NCBI GenBank assembly: GCA_016936435.1
Contig: JAFGXX010000075.1
Span: 6,469-70,468 of the forward strand
Reading direction: 5' to 3'
Origin: Bacteroidales bacterium
Lineage (GTDB): Bacteria; Bacteroidota; Bacteroidia; Bacteroidales; VadinHA17
Length of the DNA stretch: 64,000 nt
Shown: positions 55,401-64,000 of the stretch, one piece after another
Layout of the letters: each line of letters begins with the position of its first letter
How positions within the stretch are numbered: position 1 is the first letter of the stretch
Position numbers and translations under genes: made by a program
Notes under the pieces: model-generated
Database searches by the model: none
What the model was told of the DNA's origin: nothing
Seen by the model: the letters and a program-made list of their open reading frames with translations, nothing else

Positions 55401-56790
55401 GAGGGTGGAGCTGTATGGCCTTTCCTTCAATAAGTTTTGGCTGGAAAGCCTGTATACCTAGTCTGTGAAGTGTGGGTGCGCGGTTAAGCAACACAGGATG
55501 ACCCTTCAGAACATTTTCGAGTATGTCCCATACCACAGGATCCTTTCTGTCGACAATCTTTTTGGCCGACTTTACTGTCTTTACTATGCCGCGTTCGATA
55601 AGCTTGCGGATAATAAACGGCTTATACAGTTCTGCGGCCATATCTTTCGGAAGTCCGCATTCATGAAGATTCAGTTCGGGACCTACAACAATAACCGATC
55701 GTGCTGAATAGTCGACCCTTTTTCCGAGCAGGTTCTGACGAAATCTTCCCTGCTTGCCTTTAAGGCTGTCGCTCAGTGACTTAAGAGGACGGTTAGCGTC
55801 GGTTTTTACAGCGTTGGCCTTTCTTGAGTTATCAAAAAGTGAATCGACCGACTCCTGCAGCATACGTTTTTCATTTCGCAGTATAACCTCAGGAGCTTTA
55901 ATTTCAATAAGTCTTTTCAGACGGTTGTTCCTGATGATTACCCTTCTGTAAAGATCGTTGAGGTCGCTTGTTGCGAAACGACCGCCATCGAGAGGTACAA
56001 GAGGCCTCAGTTCGGGTGGAATTACCGGGACAACCTTTATTATCATCCATTCAGGTCTGTTAACCTGCTTTGATTCCCTGAATGCCTCGACAACCTGAAG
56101 ACGTTTGAGAGCTTCATTTTTGCGTTGCTGTGAAGTTTCGGTATTAGCCCTGTGACGAAGTGAATAAGATATCTCGTCAAGTTCGAGGCGGTTAAGAAGT
56201 TTATGAAGTGCTTCTGCTCCCATGTCGGCAATGAACTTGTCGGGATGCGTATCTTCGAGATACTGGTTTTCCTTGGGAAGTGATTCCATTATCTCCAGGT
56301 ATTCCTCTTCTGTGAGGAAATCAAGCTGATTGATCCCGTCGGCGGCTTTGATCCCCGGGTTGACCACAACATAACGTTCGTAGTAAATAATGGAATCAAG
56401 TTTTTTTGTCGGCAGGCCGAGGAGATATCCTATCTTGTTGGGAAGCGACCTGAAATACCAGATGTGAGCCACAGGTACCACGAGGGATATATGACCCATT
56501 CTTTCACGGCGGACCTTTTTCTCAGTAACTTCCACACCGCAACGGTCGCAGACTATTCCCTTGTACCTGATACGCTTGTATTTCCCGCAATGGCACTCGT
56601 AATCTTTCACCGGACCAAATATCCTCTCGCAGAAAAGTCCATCGCGTTCAGGTTTATAGGTACGGTAATTGATCGTCTCGGGTTTCAGTACTTCACCGCT
56701 CGAACGATCGAGTATTTCTTCAGGTGAAGCAAGACCTATTGAGATCTTCGAGTAACTTGTTTTTGTTTTGTTATCTCTTCTGAATGACAT
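52480..56790 (-). CDS. rpoC: DNA-directed RNA polymerase subunit beta-prime
   Basis: 1436 aa. Zn-binding [20 protein letters not shown] and catalytic [12 protein letters not shown]. Confidence 0.98.
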   Translation of the reverse strand: MSFRRDNKTKTSYSKISIGLASPEEILDRSSGEVLKPETINYRTYKPERDGLFCERIFGPVKDYECHCGKYKRIRYKGIVCDRCGVEVTEKKVRRERMGHISLVVPVAHIWYFRSLPNKIGYLLGLPTKKLDSIIYYERYVVVNPGIKAADGINQLDFLTEEEYLEIMESLPKENQYLEDTHPDKFIADMGAEALHKLLNRLELDEISYSLRHRANTETSQQRKNEALKRLQVVEAFRESKQVNRPEWMIIKVVPVIPPELRPLVPLDGGRFATSDLNDLYRRVIIRNNRLKRLIEIKAPEVILRNEKRMLQESVDSLFDNSRKANAVKTDANRPLKSLSDSLKGKQGRFRQNLLGKRVDYSARSVIVVGPELNLHECGLPKDMAAELYKPFIIRKLIERGIVKTVKSAKKIVDRKDPVVWDILENVLKGHPVLLNRAPTLHRLGIQAFQPKLIEGKAIQLHPLVCTAFNADFDGDQMAVHLPLGNTAVLEAQMLMLASHNILNPANGAPITVPSQDMVLGLYYITKGRKSTETEKVRGEGLIFYSPAEVTIAHNEGKVDLHAFIKVKVNDRVNGELVNHLIETTVGRVIFNQYVPEEVGFINEILTKKSLRDIIGRVLKLSGMAKTADFLDAIKNLGFDSAFRGGLSFNLDDVIIPEDKTKFVGEGYEQVEEVLNNYNMGFITNNERYNQIIDIWTHVNARLTQSLMKQLSNDKQGFNSVYMMLDSGARGSKEQIRQLSGMRGLMAKPQKSGSSGSEIIENPILSNFKEGLSVLEYFISTHGARKGLADTALKTADAGYLTRRLVDVSQDVIINEEDCGTLRGLVATAIKKNEEVVESLYERILGRTTVHDVYHPLTGELIVEAGQELTEELAARIEDSPIEQVEIRSVLTCESKKGVCAKCYGRNLSTGQMVQKGEAVGVIAAQSIGEPGTQLTLRTFHVGGTASNITTESRLVARYSGIAEIEELRSVEKKDAEKGKIDIVIGRLAELRIIDKKTGIALTTHTVPYGSKLYIKPGQEVEKGKLICEWDPFNAVIIAEVGGKIGYDYLIEGITFREESDEQTGFKEKVIIESRDKTKNPAIKILAPKGGEELRLYNLPVGSHLVAETNKIVEAGDVLVKIPRAVGKSGDITGGLPRVTELFEARNPSNPAIVSEIDGEVTFGKIKRGNREITIKSKTDEIKKYLVPLSKQILVQENDYVKAGTPLSDGAITPSDILAIKGPTKVQEYIVNEIQEVYRLQGVKINDKHFEIIVRQMMRKVEIVDPGDTKFLERQIVDKLEFMDENDWIYDKKVITESGDSQTLRPGMIITARKLRDENSVLKRKDQKIVEARDAIPATSSQVLQGITRAALQTNSFFSAASFQETTKVLNEAAILGKIDRLEGLKENVIVGHLIPAGTGQREYNSIIVGSLEEYEELVGADREQEAEAEKADAGK

Positions 56791-56838
56791 ATACTGTATT
56801 TTTTCTTTTCAGTTAAAAATTAAGAAGCCGGAGTAAGG

Positions 56839-59800
56839 TTAATCTAGTATAACGCTCAATCCCAGTCCTCTAAGCTCATGGAGCAGAACATTTAATGATT
56901 CGGGAATACCCGGCTGAGGCATGGGTTCGCCCTTGACTATGGCTTCATATGCCTTGGCCCTGCCGACAACATCGTCGGATTTTATCGTGAGTATTTCCTG
57001 GAGAATATGTGCAGCTCCGAATGCTTCGAGAGCCCATACTTCCATTTCACCAAAGCGCTGACCTCCGAATTGTGCCTTACCTCCCAGCGGCTGCTGCGTG
57101 ATGAGAGAGTAAGGTCCTATCGAACGGGCATGCATCTTATCGTCGACCATGTGTCCCAGCTTGAGCATATAGATCACCCCCACTGTGGCAGGCTGGTCGA
57201 AACGTTCCCCGGTACCTCCGTCGTAAAGGTAGGTCTTACCATACCTGGGCAATCCGGCTTTCTCGGTATATTCCGTTATCTGATCGAGAGTTGCCCCGTC
57301 GAATATAGGTGTCGAAAAACATAGTCCGAGTTTTTGCCCGGCCCATCCGAGGACAGTCTCATATATCTGTCCGAGGTTCATCCTCGAAGGCACACCCAGA
57401 GGGTTGAGCACAATGTCAACCGGGGTTCCGTCTTCAAGGAAAGGCATATCTTCCTGGCGCACGATCTTGGCAACAATACCTTTGTTACCATGACGTCCGG
57501 CCATTTTGTCGCCGACTTTTATTTTTCTCTTCTTGGCTATATATACCTTAGCCAGTCTGACGATACCTGCAGGCAGTTCATCGCCTATGGTGAGATTATA
57601 TTTCCTGCGCTTATAGATACCGTCTATTTCCTTATACCTGATGATATAATTATGAAGAAGCTGCTTGATACTGTCGTTCTTTTTCTTGTCGGTAGTCCAT
57701 TTATTCGGATTGACGCTCAGAAAATCGACCTCCTGAAGCTGCTTGAGGGTGAATTTGCTGCCTTTGGGAATTACATCCACGTTCAGATAATCCTTGACAC
57801 CCTGTGATGTTTTGCCGTTTACCAGGATGAAAAGCTTGTCAACAAGCCTCGACTTCAGTTCCTCAACATTTTTATTGAACTCGTTTTCAATTTTTTCGAG
57901 TTGAGGTTTTTCGCTGGCTTTGGCTTTTCTGTCCTTTATAGCCCTGGTAAAGAGTTTCTTGTCGATCACGACACCTTCGAGCGAAGGACCTGCCTTCAGG
58001 GAAGCATCCTTAACGTCGCCTGCCTTGTCGCCAAAGATGGCTCTGAGAAGCTTCTCCTCGGGTGAAGGATCTGATTCCCCTTTAGGAGTGATTTTACCGA
58101 TGAGGATGTCTCCGGGCCTTATATGGGCACCTATCCTTATCAGACCGTTTTCATCGAGATGCTTTGTTGCCTCCTCGCTTACGTTGGGAATGTCGGAGGT
58201 AAGTTCCTCCAGACCTCTCTTAGTATCACGCACTTCAAGAAGGTATTCATCTATATGCACTGATGTGAACATATCATCCTGTACAACTCTCTCGGATATT
58301 ACTATTGCATCCTCGAAGTTGTAGCCTTTCCAAGGCATAAAAGCAACCTTCAGGTTCCTTCCCAGTGCCAGTTCTCCTTTTTTGGTACCGTAACCTTCGG
58401 TGAGAACCTGTCCTTTTCTGACTTTCTCTCCTTTTTTTACAACAGGTACCAGGTTGATACAGGTATTCTGGTTTGTTTTCTTGTATTTGGGGAGAACATA
58501 TGTTTTTGTATCGTCGTCGAAGCTGACGAATTTTTCCTCATCGGTCCGGGTATACCGTATCACAATCTCGTTGGAGTCGACATATTCAACAACGCCATCA
58601 CCTTCTGCCACGAACAGTATACGGCTGTCTTTGATCACCTGTGCTTCAAGGCCTGTTCCCACTATTACGGTTTCCGGGTTTATCAGCGGTACAGCCTGAC
58701 GCATCATGTTCGACCCCATCAGTGCTCTGTTTGCATCGTCGTGTTCGAGGAAGGGGATAAGCGATGCGGCTATGGAAGCGATCTGGTTGGGAGCCACATC
58801 CATAAGGTCGATCTTTGAGACTTCCTCGATAGGATAATCGGCTTCGTATCTGCATTTTGCCCTGGGGTTTTCAAAATGTCCGTCAGCAGCCAGGGGAGCA
58901 TTTGCCTGGGCAATCATCTTATATTCTTCTTCTTCGGCGCTGAGCCATACTATGCCTTCACCGCTAAGATCGACCTGTGCATCTTTCACCTTCAGATAAG
59001 GAGTTTCGATAAAGCCGAGTTCATTGATCTTGGCAAAGACGCAGAGCGAAGAGATAAGGCCTATGTTGGGGCCTTCTGGTGTCTCTATGGGACACAGTCT
59101 GCCGTAATGGGTATAGTGAACATCCCTTACTTCGAAACCTGCTCTTTCGCGCGACAGGCCACCGGGGCCTAGTGCCGACATACGGCGTTTATGAGTCATC
59201 TCGGCCAGAGGATTGGTCTGGTCCATGAACTGCGACAGCTGGTTGGTACCGAAAAATGAGTTGATTACCGACGACAATGTCTTTGAGTTGATAAGGTCGA
59301 CAGGAGTAAATACTTCATTGTCGCGAACGTTCATTCTCTCCCTGATCGTACGTGCCATACGTGCCAGGCCGACACCAAACTGTGCATAAAGCTGTTCACC
59401 CACGGTACGAACCCTGCGGTTACTGAGATGGTCGATATCGTCAATGTCAATTTTTGAATTGATAAGTTCGATGAGATAACCAATTATCTTGATTATATCT
59501 TCGCGGGTAAGGATCTTGACGGACATATCGGTGTTGAGCCCGAGTTTTTTGTTGATCCTGTAGCGGCCTACTTCACCGAGGTCGTATCTTTTATCAGAGA
59601 AGAAGAGTTTTTCAATAACGTCGCGTGCTGTTGCCTCGTCGGGCGGTTCAGCATTCCTGAGCTGACGGTAAATGTAAATAACAGCTTCTTTCTCGGAGTT
59701 GCAGGGATCTTTCTGCAGAGTGTTATATATGATTGCGAAATCCGACAGGCTGGCATCTTCCTTGTGAATGAGGACAGCTTTCGCGCCCGAGTCGACGATC

Positions 59801-60648
59801 AGGTCGACATGATCGGGTTCGATAACCAGTTCCCTGTCGAGGATAACTTCATTTCTTTCAATTGAAACTACCTCTCCTGTATCTTCATCAACAAAGTCTT
59901 CGACCCATGTCTTCAGCACCCTTGCAGCCAGTTTGCGGCCGACAAGTTTTTTTATGCTGGTTTTGGATACTTTGTGTTCTTCAGCGAGGTTAAATATCTC
60001 CAGGATTTCCCTGTCGCTTTCGAAACCGATGGCACGGAGGAGCGTTGTCACAGGAAGCTTTTTCTTCCTATCGATATATGCATACATCACGTTGTTGATA
60101 TCGGTTGCGAATTCGATCCATGATCCCTTGAAGGGGATTATCCTGGCCGAATATAGTTTTGTACCGTTAGCGTGTATGCTTTGACCGAAGAATACTCCCG
60201 GTGACCTGTGGAGCTGTGATACCACTACTCTTTCGGCGCCGTTGATGACGAATGTACCTCTTTCCGTCATATAAGGGACTGTTCCAAGGTACACATCCTG
60301 GATTACGGTATCGAAATCTTCGTGTTCGGGATCGGTACAGTAGAGTTTCAGCTTGGCCTTCAGTGGAACGCTGAATGTCAGTCCCCGTTCGATACACTCA
60401 TCTATTGTATAGCGTGGGGGATCGATGTAATAATCAAGAAACTCGAGGACAAAATTATTTCTTGTATCGGTTATCGGGAAGTTCTCGTTGAAGACCTGAT
60501 AGAGTCCTTCTCTTTTCCTGTTTTCGGGAGTTGTTCCCAGCTGAAAGAACTCACTGAATGATTTTAACTGAACTTCCAGAAAATCAGGATAATCAAGCTG
60601 GCTTTTCCTGGTGCCGAAACTTATTCTTTCGGTAGATTTAGATGGCAT
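56839..60648 (-). CDS. rpoB: DNA-directed RNA polymerase subunit beta
   Basis: 1269 aa. Contains [24 protein letters not shown] and other motifs. Confidence 0.98.
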   Translation of the reverse strand: MPSKSTERISFGTRKSQLDYPDFLEVQLKSFSEFFQLGTTPENRKREGLYQVFNENFPITDTRNNFVLEFLDYYIDPPRYTIDECIERGLTFSVPLKAKLKLYCTDPEHEDFDTVIQDVYLGTVPYMTERGTFVINGAERVVVSQLHRSPGVFFGQSIHANGTKLYSARIIPFKGSWIEFATDINNVMYAYIDRKKKLPVTTLLRAIGFESDREILEIFNLAEEHKVSKTSIKKLVGRKLAARVLKTWVEDFVDEDTGEVVSIERNEVILDRELVIEPDHVDLIVDSGAKAVLIHKEDASLSDFAIIYNTLQKDPCNSEKEAVIYIYRQLRNAEPPDEATARDVIEKLFFSDKRYDLGEVGRYRINKKLGLNTDMSVKILTREDIIKIIGYLIELINSKIDIDDIDHLSNRRVRTVGEQLYAQFGVGLARMARTIRERMNVRDNEVFTPVDLINSKTLSSVINSFFGTNQLSQFMDQTNPLAEMTHKRRMSALGPGGLSRERAGFEVRDVHYTHYGRLCPIETPEGPNIGLISSLCVFAKINELGFIETPYLKVKDAQVDLSGEGIVWLSAEEEEYKMIAQANAPLAADGHFENPRAKCRYEADYPIEEVSKIDLMDVAPNQIASIAASLIPFLEHDDANRALMGSNMMRQAVPLINPETVIVGTGLEAQVIKDSRILFVAEGDGVVEYVDSNEIVIRYTRTDEEKFVSFDDDTKTYVLPKYKKTNQNTCINLVPVVKKGEKVRKGQVLTEGYGTKKGELALGRNLKVAFMPWKGYNFEDAIVISERVVQDDMFTSVHIDEYLLEVRDTKRGLEELTSDIPNVSEEATKHLDENGLIRIGAHIRPGDILIGKITPKGESDPSPEEKLLRAIFGDKAGDVKDASLKAGPSLEGVVIDKKLFTRAIKDRKAKASEKPQLEKIENEFNKNVEELKSRLVDKLFILVNGKTSQGVKDYLNVDVIPKGSKFTLKQLQEVDFLSVNPNKWTTDKKKNDSIKQLLHNYIIRYKEIDGIYKRRKYNLTIGDELPAGIVRLAKVYIAKKRKIKVGDKMAGRHGNKGIVAKIVRQEDMPFLEDGTPVDIVLNPLGVPSRMNLGQIYETVLGWAGQKLGLCFSTPIFDGATLDQITEYTEKAGLPRYGKTYLYDGGTGERFDQPATVGVIYMLKLGHMVDDKMHARSIGPYSLITQQPLGGKAQFGGQRFGEMEVWALEAFGAAHILQEILTIKSDDVVGRAKAYEAIVKGEPMPQPGIPESLNVLLHELRGLGLSVILD

Positions 60649-60681
60649 TTATAAAAAGATTAAGTGAACTTGTAATTAAAA

Positions 60682-60716
60682 GAACGAAAAGGCCTGGTCC
60701 CGAGTCATTCGGGACC
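60682..60716 (-). terminator. Intercistronic hairpin/attenuator between rplL and rpoB
   Basis: On the minus strand it reads GGTCCCGA-ATGAC-TCGGGACC followed by AGGCCTTTTCGTTCT. The position matches the classical partial terminator upstream of rpoB. Confidence 0.6.
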
Positions 60717-60748
60717 AAACCTATAATAACCCAGCTATGAGGTATGAC

Positions 60749-61126
60749 TTATTTAAGTTCAACTTCTGCTCCTGCCTCAACTAACTGATTTTTAATAGCT
60801 TCTGCTTCTTCTTTTGATACATTTTCCTTAACGGGGCCTGGTGCGGCATCAACCACAGCCTTAGCCTCTTTCAGTCCGAGACCTGTTATATCCTTAACAA
60901 GTTTAACGACCTGAAGTTTCTGGCCTCCGGCGTTATTAAGGAAAACCGTAAATGAAGTTTTTTCTTCCACGACGGGTGCTGCGCCACCAGCAGCAGGACC
61001 TGCTACTGCAACAGCTGCAGCGGCGGGTTCGATTCCATACTCATCTTTAAGTATTTTCGCCAGTTCGTTGACTTCTTTTACAGACAGGTTAACCAGTTCT
61101 TCTGCAAATTTCTTGAGATCTGCCAT
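60749..61126 (-). CDS. rplL: 50S ribosomal protein L7/L12
   Basis: 125 aa. Ala/Pro hinge and C-terminal domain ([11 protein letters not shown]). Confidence 0.97.
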   Translation of the reverse strand: MADLKKFAEELVNLSVKEVNELAKILKDEYGIEPAAAAVAVAGPAAGGAAPVVEEKTSFTVFLNNAGGQKLQVVKLVKDITGLGLKEAKAVVDAAPGPVKENVSKEEAEAIKNQLVEAGAEVELK

Positions 61127-61161
61127 TTTTATTTGTTTTAAAATTGATTATACAATGATTA

Positions 61162-61680
61162 TTACTCTTTTTGTGAAAGTGTTTCAAGAACACCATGTAA
61201 TTTATTTCCGCCTGACTGCAGGGCTGATATAACGTTCCGGGCGGGAGACTGCAACATAAGGATAATATCCCCGATGAGTTCCTCTCTGGTTTTTATGGCG
61301 ACGAGTGTCTCAAGGAGATCAGCGCCTACATAAACAGATTCCTGAACGTATGCAGCCTTAATAACAGGCTTATCATGCTTGCCACGGAATTCCTTTATCA
61401 ATCTGGCAGGTCCGTTCCCTGTGTTTGCAAACATGATGGACGTAGTACCTTTCAGAACCGGATACAGTTCTTCAAAGTCGATATCTGACTGCTCGAGAGC
61501 TCTTTTGAGGAGTGTATTCTTGACGACGACAAGTTTGATGTCGTTTTCGAAGCATTTTCTCCTCAGGTCGCTGGTATCAGCAGCGTTGAGATCAGCAGTG
61601 TCGGTCAGATAAAAGTGGGTGTACTCCCTGAGTTTTTCGCTCAGGCTTTCTATAATAGCTGTTTTTTCTTCTCGTCTCAT
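61162..61680 (-). CDS. rplJ: 50S ribosomal protein L10
   Basis: I prefer the start at MRREEKTAIIESL (nt 61680) over the longer ORF, which overlaps rplA. Confidence 0.93.
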   Translation of the reverse strand: MRREEKTAIIESLSEKLREYTHFYLTDTADLNAADTSDLRRKCFENDIKLVVVKNTLLKRALEQSDIDFEELYPVLKGTTSIMFANTGNGPARLIKEFRGKHDKPVIKAAYVQESVYVGADLLETLVAIKTREELIGDIILMLQSPARNVISALQSGGNKLHGVLETLSQKE

Positions 61681-61702
61681 AATTAATCTCCAGTTTTTAA
61701 GA

Positions 61703-62398
61703 TCAGTCATCGAAGCCTTTAGGATCGATTTTTATACCCGGGCTCATGGTGCTTGAAAGGAAGAGGCTACGGATGTAGGTTCCCTTGGCTGCAGCCGGTT
61801 TAAGTTTGTTCACCATGGAGATGAACTCCCTTGCATTTTCAACGATCTTTGCGGGTTCAAATGAGACTTTTCCGACAGAGGCATGAATGATCCCGTTTTT
61901 GTCAACTTTAAAATCAATCTTACCCTGTTTAACTTCCCTGACAGCTTTTCCGATTTCCATTGTCACGGTTCCACTTTTCGGGTTGGGCATCAGTCCGCGC
62001 GGACCGAGTATCCTTCCCAGCTGACCTACTTTCCCCATTACGGATGGCATTGTTATTATCACATCCACGTCTGTCCAGCCGCCTTTGATCTTTTCGATAA
62101 ATTCATCGAGGCCTACATGGTCAGCTCCTGCTTCTTTTGCTTCTTCTTCCCTGTCGGGAGTGCAGAGCACCAGAACGCGTGTCTGTTTCCCTGTTCCATG
62201 AGGAAGGGAAACCACGCCGCGGACCATCTGATTGGATTTTCGCGGATCGATACCTAACCTTACATCCAGGTCGACTGAAGCATCAAATTTGGTTGATGTT
62301 ATTTCCTTAACCAGCACCGATGCTTCTTTCAACGTATAGAGCCTTTCCTTTTCGATTTTCTCAAAGGCGGCTTTACGATTTTTGGTAAGTTTAGTCAT
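61703..62398 (-). CDS. rplA: 50S ribosomal protein L1
   Basis: 231 aa with the L1 family pattern ([16 protein letters not shown]). Confidence 0.97.
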   Translation of the reverse strand: MTKLTKNRKAAFEKIEKERLYTLKEASVLVKEITSTKFDASVDLDVRLGIDPRKSNQMVRGVVSLPHGTGKQTRVLVLCTPDREEEAKEAGADHVGLDEFIEKIKGGWTDVDVIITMPSVMGKVGQLGRILGPRGLMPNPKSGTVTMEIGKAVREVKQGKIDFKVDKNGIIHASVGKVSFEPAKIVENAREFISMVNKLKPAAAKGTYIRSLFLSSTMSPGIKIDPKGFDD

Positions 62399-62408
62399 TT
62401 TTCTCTAG

Positions 62409-62852
62409 TTAAATTTTCCCGGGGAATTCGCCTTTGACGCTTATCCCCATACTCCTTGCGGTACCAGCTACCATTTTCATGGCCGACTCAACTGTAAAAC
62501 AATTGAGGTCTTCCATTTTATCTTTCGCAATTGCCTGCACCTGGTCCCAGGTTACCTGGGCTACCTTGTCCCTGTTAGGTTCTTTCGAACCCTTCTTCGA
62601 CCTGGCAACCTCAAGAAGCTGAACAGCCACCGGGGGTGTTTTGGTAACAAACTCAAATGATTTGTCTGTATATACTGTTATCACTACCGGTATTACTTTT
62701 CCAGCTTTATCCTGGGTCCTCGCATTGAATTGCTTACAGAAATCCATGATGTTCACACCCTTGGAACCCAGAGCGGGTCCGACGGGTGGAGATGGATTAG
62801 CTGCTCCGCCACGAATCTGTAACTTTATTAGTCCAGCAACTTCTTTTGCCAT
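62409..62852 (-). CDS. rplK: 50S ribosomal protein L11
   Basis: 147 aa. Contains [20 protein letters not shown]. Confidence 0.97.
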   Translation of the reverse strand: MAKEVAGLIKLQIRGGAANPSPPVGPALGSKGVNIMDFCKQFNARTQDKAGKVIPVVITVYTDKSFEFVTKTPPVAVQLLEVARSKKGSKEPNRDKVAQVTWDQVQAIAKDKMEDLNCFTVESAMKMVAGTARSMGISVKGEFPGKI

Positions 62853-62936
62853 AATTTAAAATTTGCGTGTTTATTGCGAGAGTTTGACAGTCGTTCAGGA
62901 AGCATTATAAATATTACAACCGTCAAATATCTTCAG

Positions 62937-63485
62937 TTAACTTTCTTTTTCCACCTGCATAAAACTAAGCTCCAGGGGTGTCTTTCTTCCGAAAATCTTC
63001 ACCATTACCTTAAGCTTTTTCTTTTCTTCATTCACTTCTTCTATTATACCCGTGAAGCTATTGAAAGGACCATCGATAACTTTCACCGATTCACCCACGA
63101 AGAAGGGAACATTAAGTTCTTCATCGCTGGCATTCAGTTCGTCTACTTTTCCGAGTATCCTGTTTATTTCGGCTTTCCTCAGAGGGACAGGCTCTCCGTC
63201 CTGTGAACCCAGGAAGCCTATGACATTGGGTATGTTACGCAGAAGATGAGGCACCTCACCTACCAGCACAGCTTCGACAAGCACATAGCCGGGGAAGAAT
63301 GTACGTTCTTTGCTGATCTTCTTACCCGATCTGATCTGGTAAACTTTTTCAGTAGGTATGAGGACCTGTGAAATAAAATCTTCCAGCTTAAGCCTTGTCA
63401 CTTCGCTTTCAATATACTCCTTGACCTTTTTCTCTTTCCCCCCGATAGCCCGGAGCACATACCACTTTTTTAGGTTTTCATTCAT
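62937..63485 (-). CDS. nusG: Transcription termination/antitermination factor NusG
   Basis: I prefer the start at [20 protein letters not shown] (nt 63485). NGN domain plus a C-terminal KOW ([16 protein letters not shown]). Confidence 0.93.
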   Translation of the reverse strand: MNENLKKWYVLRAIGGKEKKVKEYIESEVTRLKLEDFISQVLIPTEKVYQIRSGKKISKERTFFPGYVLVEAVLVGEVPHLLRNIPNVIGFLGSQDGEPVPLRKAEINRILGKVDELNASDEELNVPFFVGESVKVIDGPFNSFTGIIEEVNEEKKKLKVMVKIFGRKTPLELSFMQVEKES

Positions 63486-63495
63486 TCGGGACTTG

Positions 63496-63696
63496 TTATC
63501 TGGATTTGAAAAGCAGATCGTAAAATGTTTCCATAATCTCGCCGAAGGCAAAATCAAGTCCGGCAATGATAAGAGCAATTATTGCAGTAGCTACCATTAC
63601 CAGAACTGCGCTGTTCTGAAGATCGGGCCATGTGGGCCAGGTCACTTTATGAACAAGCTCAGTATATGATTCCTTTAAATATGTCTTAAAACCCAT
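63496..63696 (-). CDS. secE: Preprotein translocase subunit SecE
   Basis: 66 aa. KVTWPT motif followed by a single TM helix. It sits between tRNA-Trp and nusG. Confidence 0.9.
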   Translation of the reverse strand: MGFKTYLKESYTELVHKVTWPTWPDLQNSAVLVMVATAIIALIIAGLDFAFGEIMETFYDLLFKSR

Positions 63697-63714
63697 AATA
63701 CTGATTTAATTTAG

Positions 63715-63787
63715 CACGGGAGGAGAGACTCGAACTCCCGACACCTGGTTTTGGAGACCAGTGCTCTACCAACTGAGCTACACCCGT
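63715..63787 (-). tRNA. tRNA-Trp (anticodon CCA)
   Basis: The reverse complement folds as ACGGGTG-TA-GCTC-AGTTGGTA-GAGC-A-CTGGT-CTCCAAA-ACCAG-GTGTC-GGGAG-TTCGAGT-CTCTC-CTCCCGT-G. It has A1-U72 and G73, as in E. coli tRNA-Trp. There is one U-U mismatch at 6:67. No 3' CCA is encoded. Confidence 0.9.
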
Positions 63788-63871
63788 GTAATAATTATAC
63801 TGTGCCTGTGATGCGGTAAAATGCTTTGACATTATTATCTTAATAACTGCAGATCTATTTAAGCCGGGTCA

Positions 63872-63907
63872 AAAGGACACGAAATAAAAAATCCCTCCGT
63901 GTCCTTT
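63872..63907 (-). terminator. Hairpin upstream of tRNA-Trp (possible terminator of the gene that runs off the right edge)
   Basis: AAAGGACACG-(16 nt)-CGTGTCCTTT, a perfect 10-bp stem. The flanking T-run is weak on either strand. Confidence 0.35.
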
Positions 63908-64000
63908 GTTTAAATTATTTCGGCTTCTGCGGTTAATGAGTTTTTACTTCTGAGAAAGCTCAGTACTGCATTTACCACAAAGCATCAGCCACTTCTTATT

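Noticed and set aside
63715-63787. tRNA-Trp as an integration hotspot for a genomic island
   Set aside because: I noticed no duplicated tRNA 3' segment elsewhere in the window and no integrase. The adjacent genes are the universally conserved secE-nusG cluster.
63944-64000. Partial minus-strand ORF at the right edge ending ...LMLCGKCSTELSQK
   Set aside because: Only 18 codons are visible. That is too short to call a gene or a family, and it does not match EF-Tu or L33 C-termini as I remember them.

Overview
This 64 kb window looks like a chromosomal segment of an anaerobic Bacteroidota (Bacteroidales-like) genome. The assignment rests on the gene order tRNA-Trp/secE/nusG/rplKAJL/rpoBC followed by a DUF3467 gene, on S46 peptidase, TonB-receptor/DUF4249, DUF1080 and DUF5916 families, on start codons without Shine-Dalgarno sequences, and on a TAnnTTTG-type promoter box. 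I call about 50 protein genes and one tRNA. Coding density is high and there are many 4-nt overlaps.

Layout:
- 2-4257: a sensory [FeFe]-hydrogenase-like PAS protein, a PP2C phosphatase and a membrane phosphoesterase.
- 4535-10104: a YgjP-like hydrolase, a beta-CASP RNase and a giant beta-propeller/SpoIIE sensor phosphatase.
- 10195-17475: an acid-sugar block (GntP, MOFRL glycerate kinase, GntP, a lipoprotein, a SpmA/B-like transporter, Eda).
- 17495-25955: a glycan block (GH29 fucosidase, HEAT+2xDUF1080 protein, TAT-exported Gfo/Idh/MocA oxidoreductase, MFS transporter, ROK kinase).
- 26215-29894: malic enzyme, a cytidylate-kinase-like protein and NfeD/SPFH.
- 30003-33224: an orphan glycyl-radical enzyme with an unusually small activase, bracketed by heptamer repeat tracts.
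- 33499-39077: a TonB receptor/DUF4249 pair and a 7TMR-DISM histidine kinase.
- 39089-40836: a Crp/Fnr regulator divergent from a ferredoxin-like gene, with a perfect palindrome between them.
- 40861-52026: housekeeping genes (pdxB, S46 peptidase, maf, ubiA-like, kdsC).
- 52147-63787: the RNAP/ribosomal core.

I saw no CRISPR array, transposase, integrase, phage gene or recognisable defence gene.

The most interesting candidates are the eliminase-type glycyl radical enzyme whose activase lacks the ferredoxin insert, the hydrogenase-like sensor/PP2C module, a possible oxidative (3-keto) glycoside-cleavage gene set, and the Crp-type operator/ferredoxin-like pair. All functional calls come from motif recognition by eye. 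Small hand-mapped features may be off by 1-2 nt.
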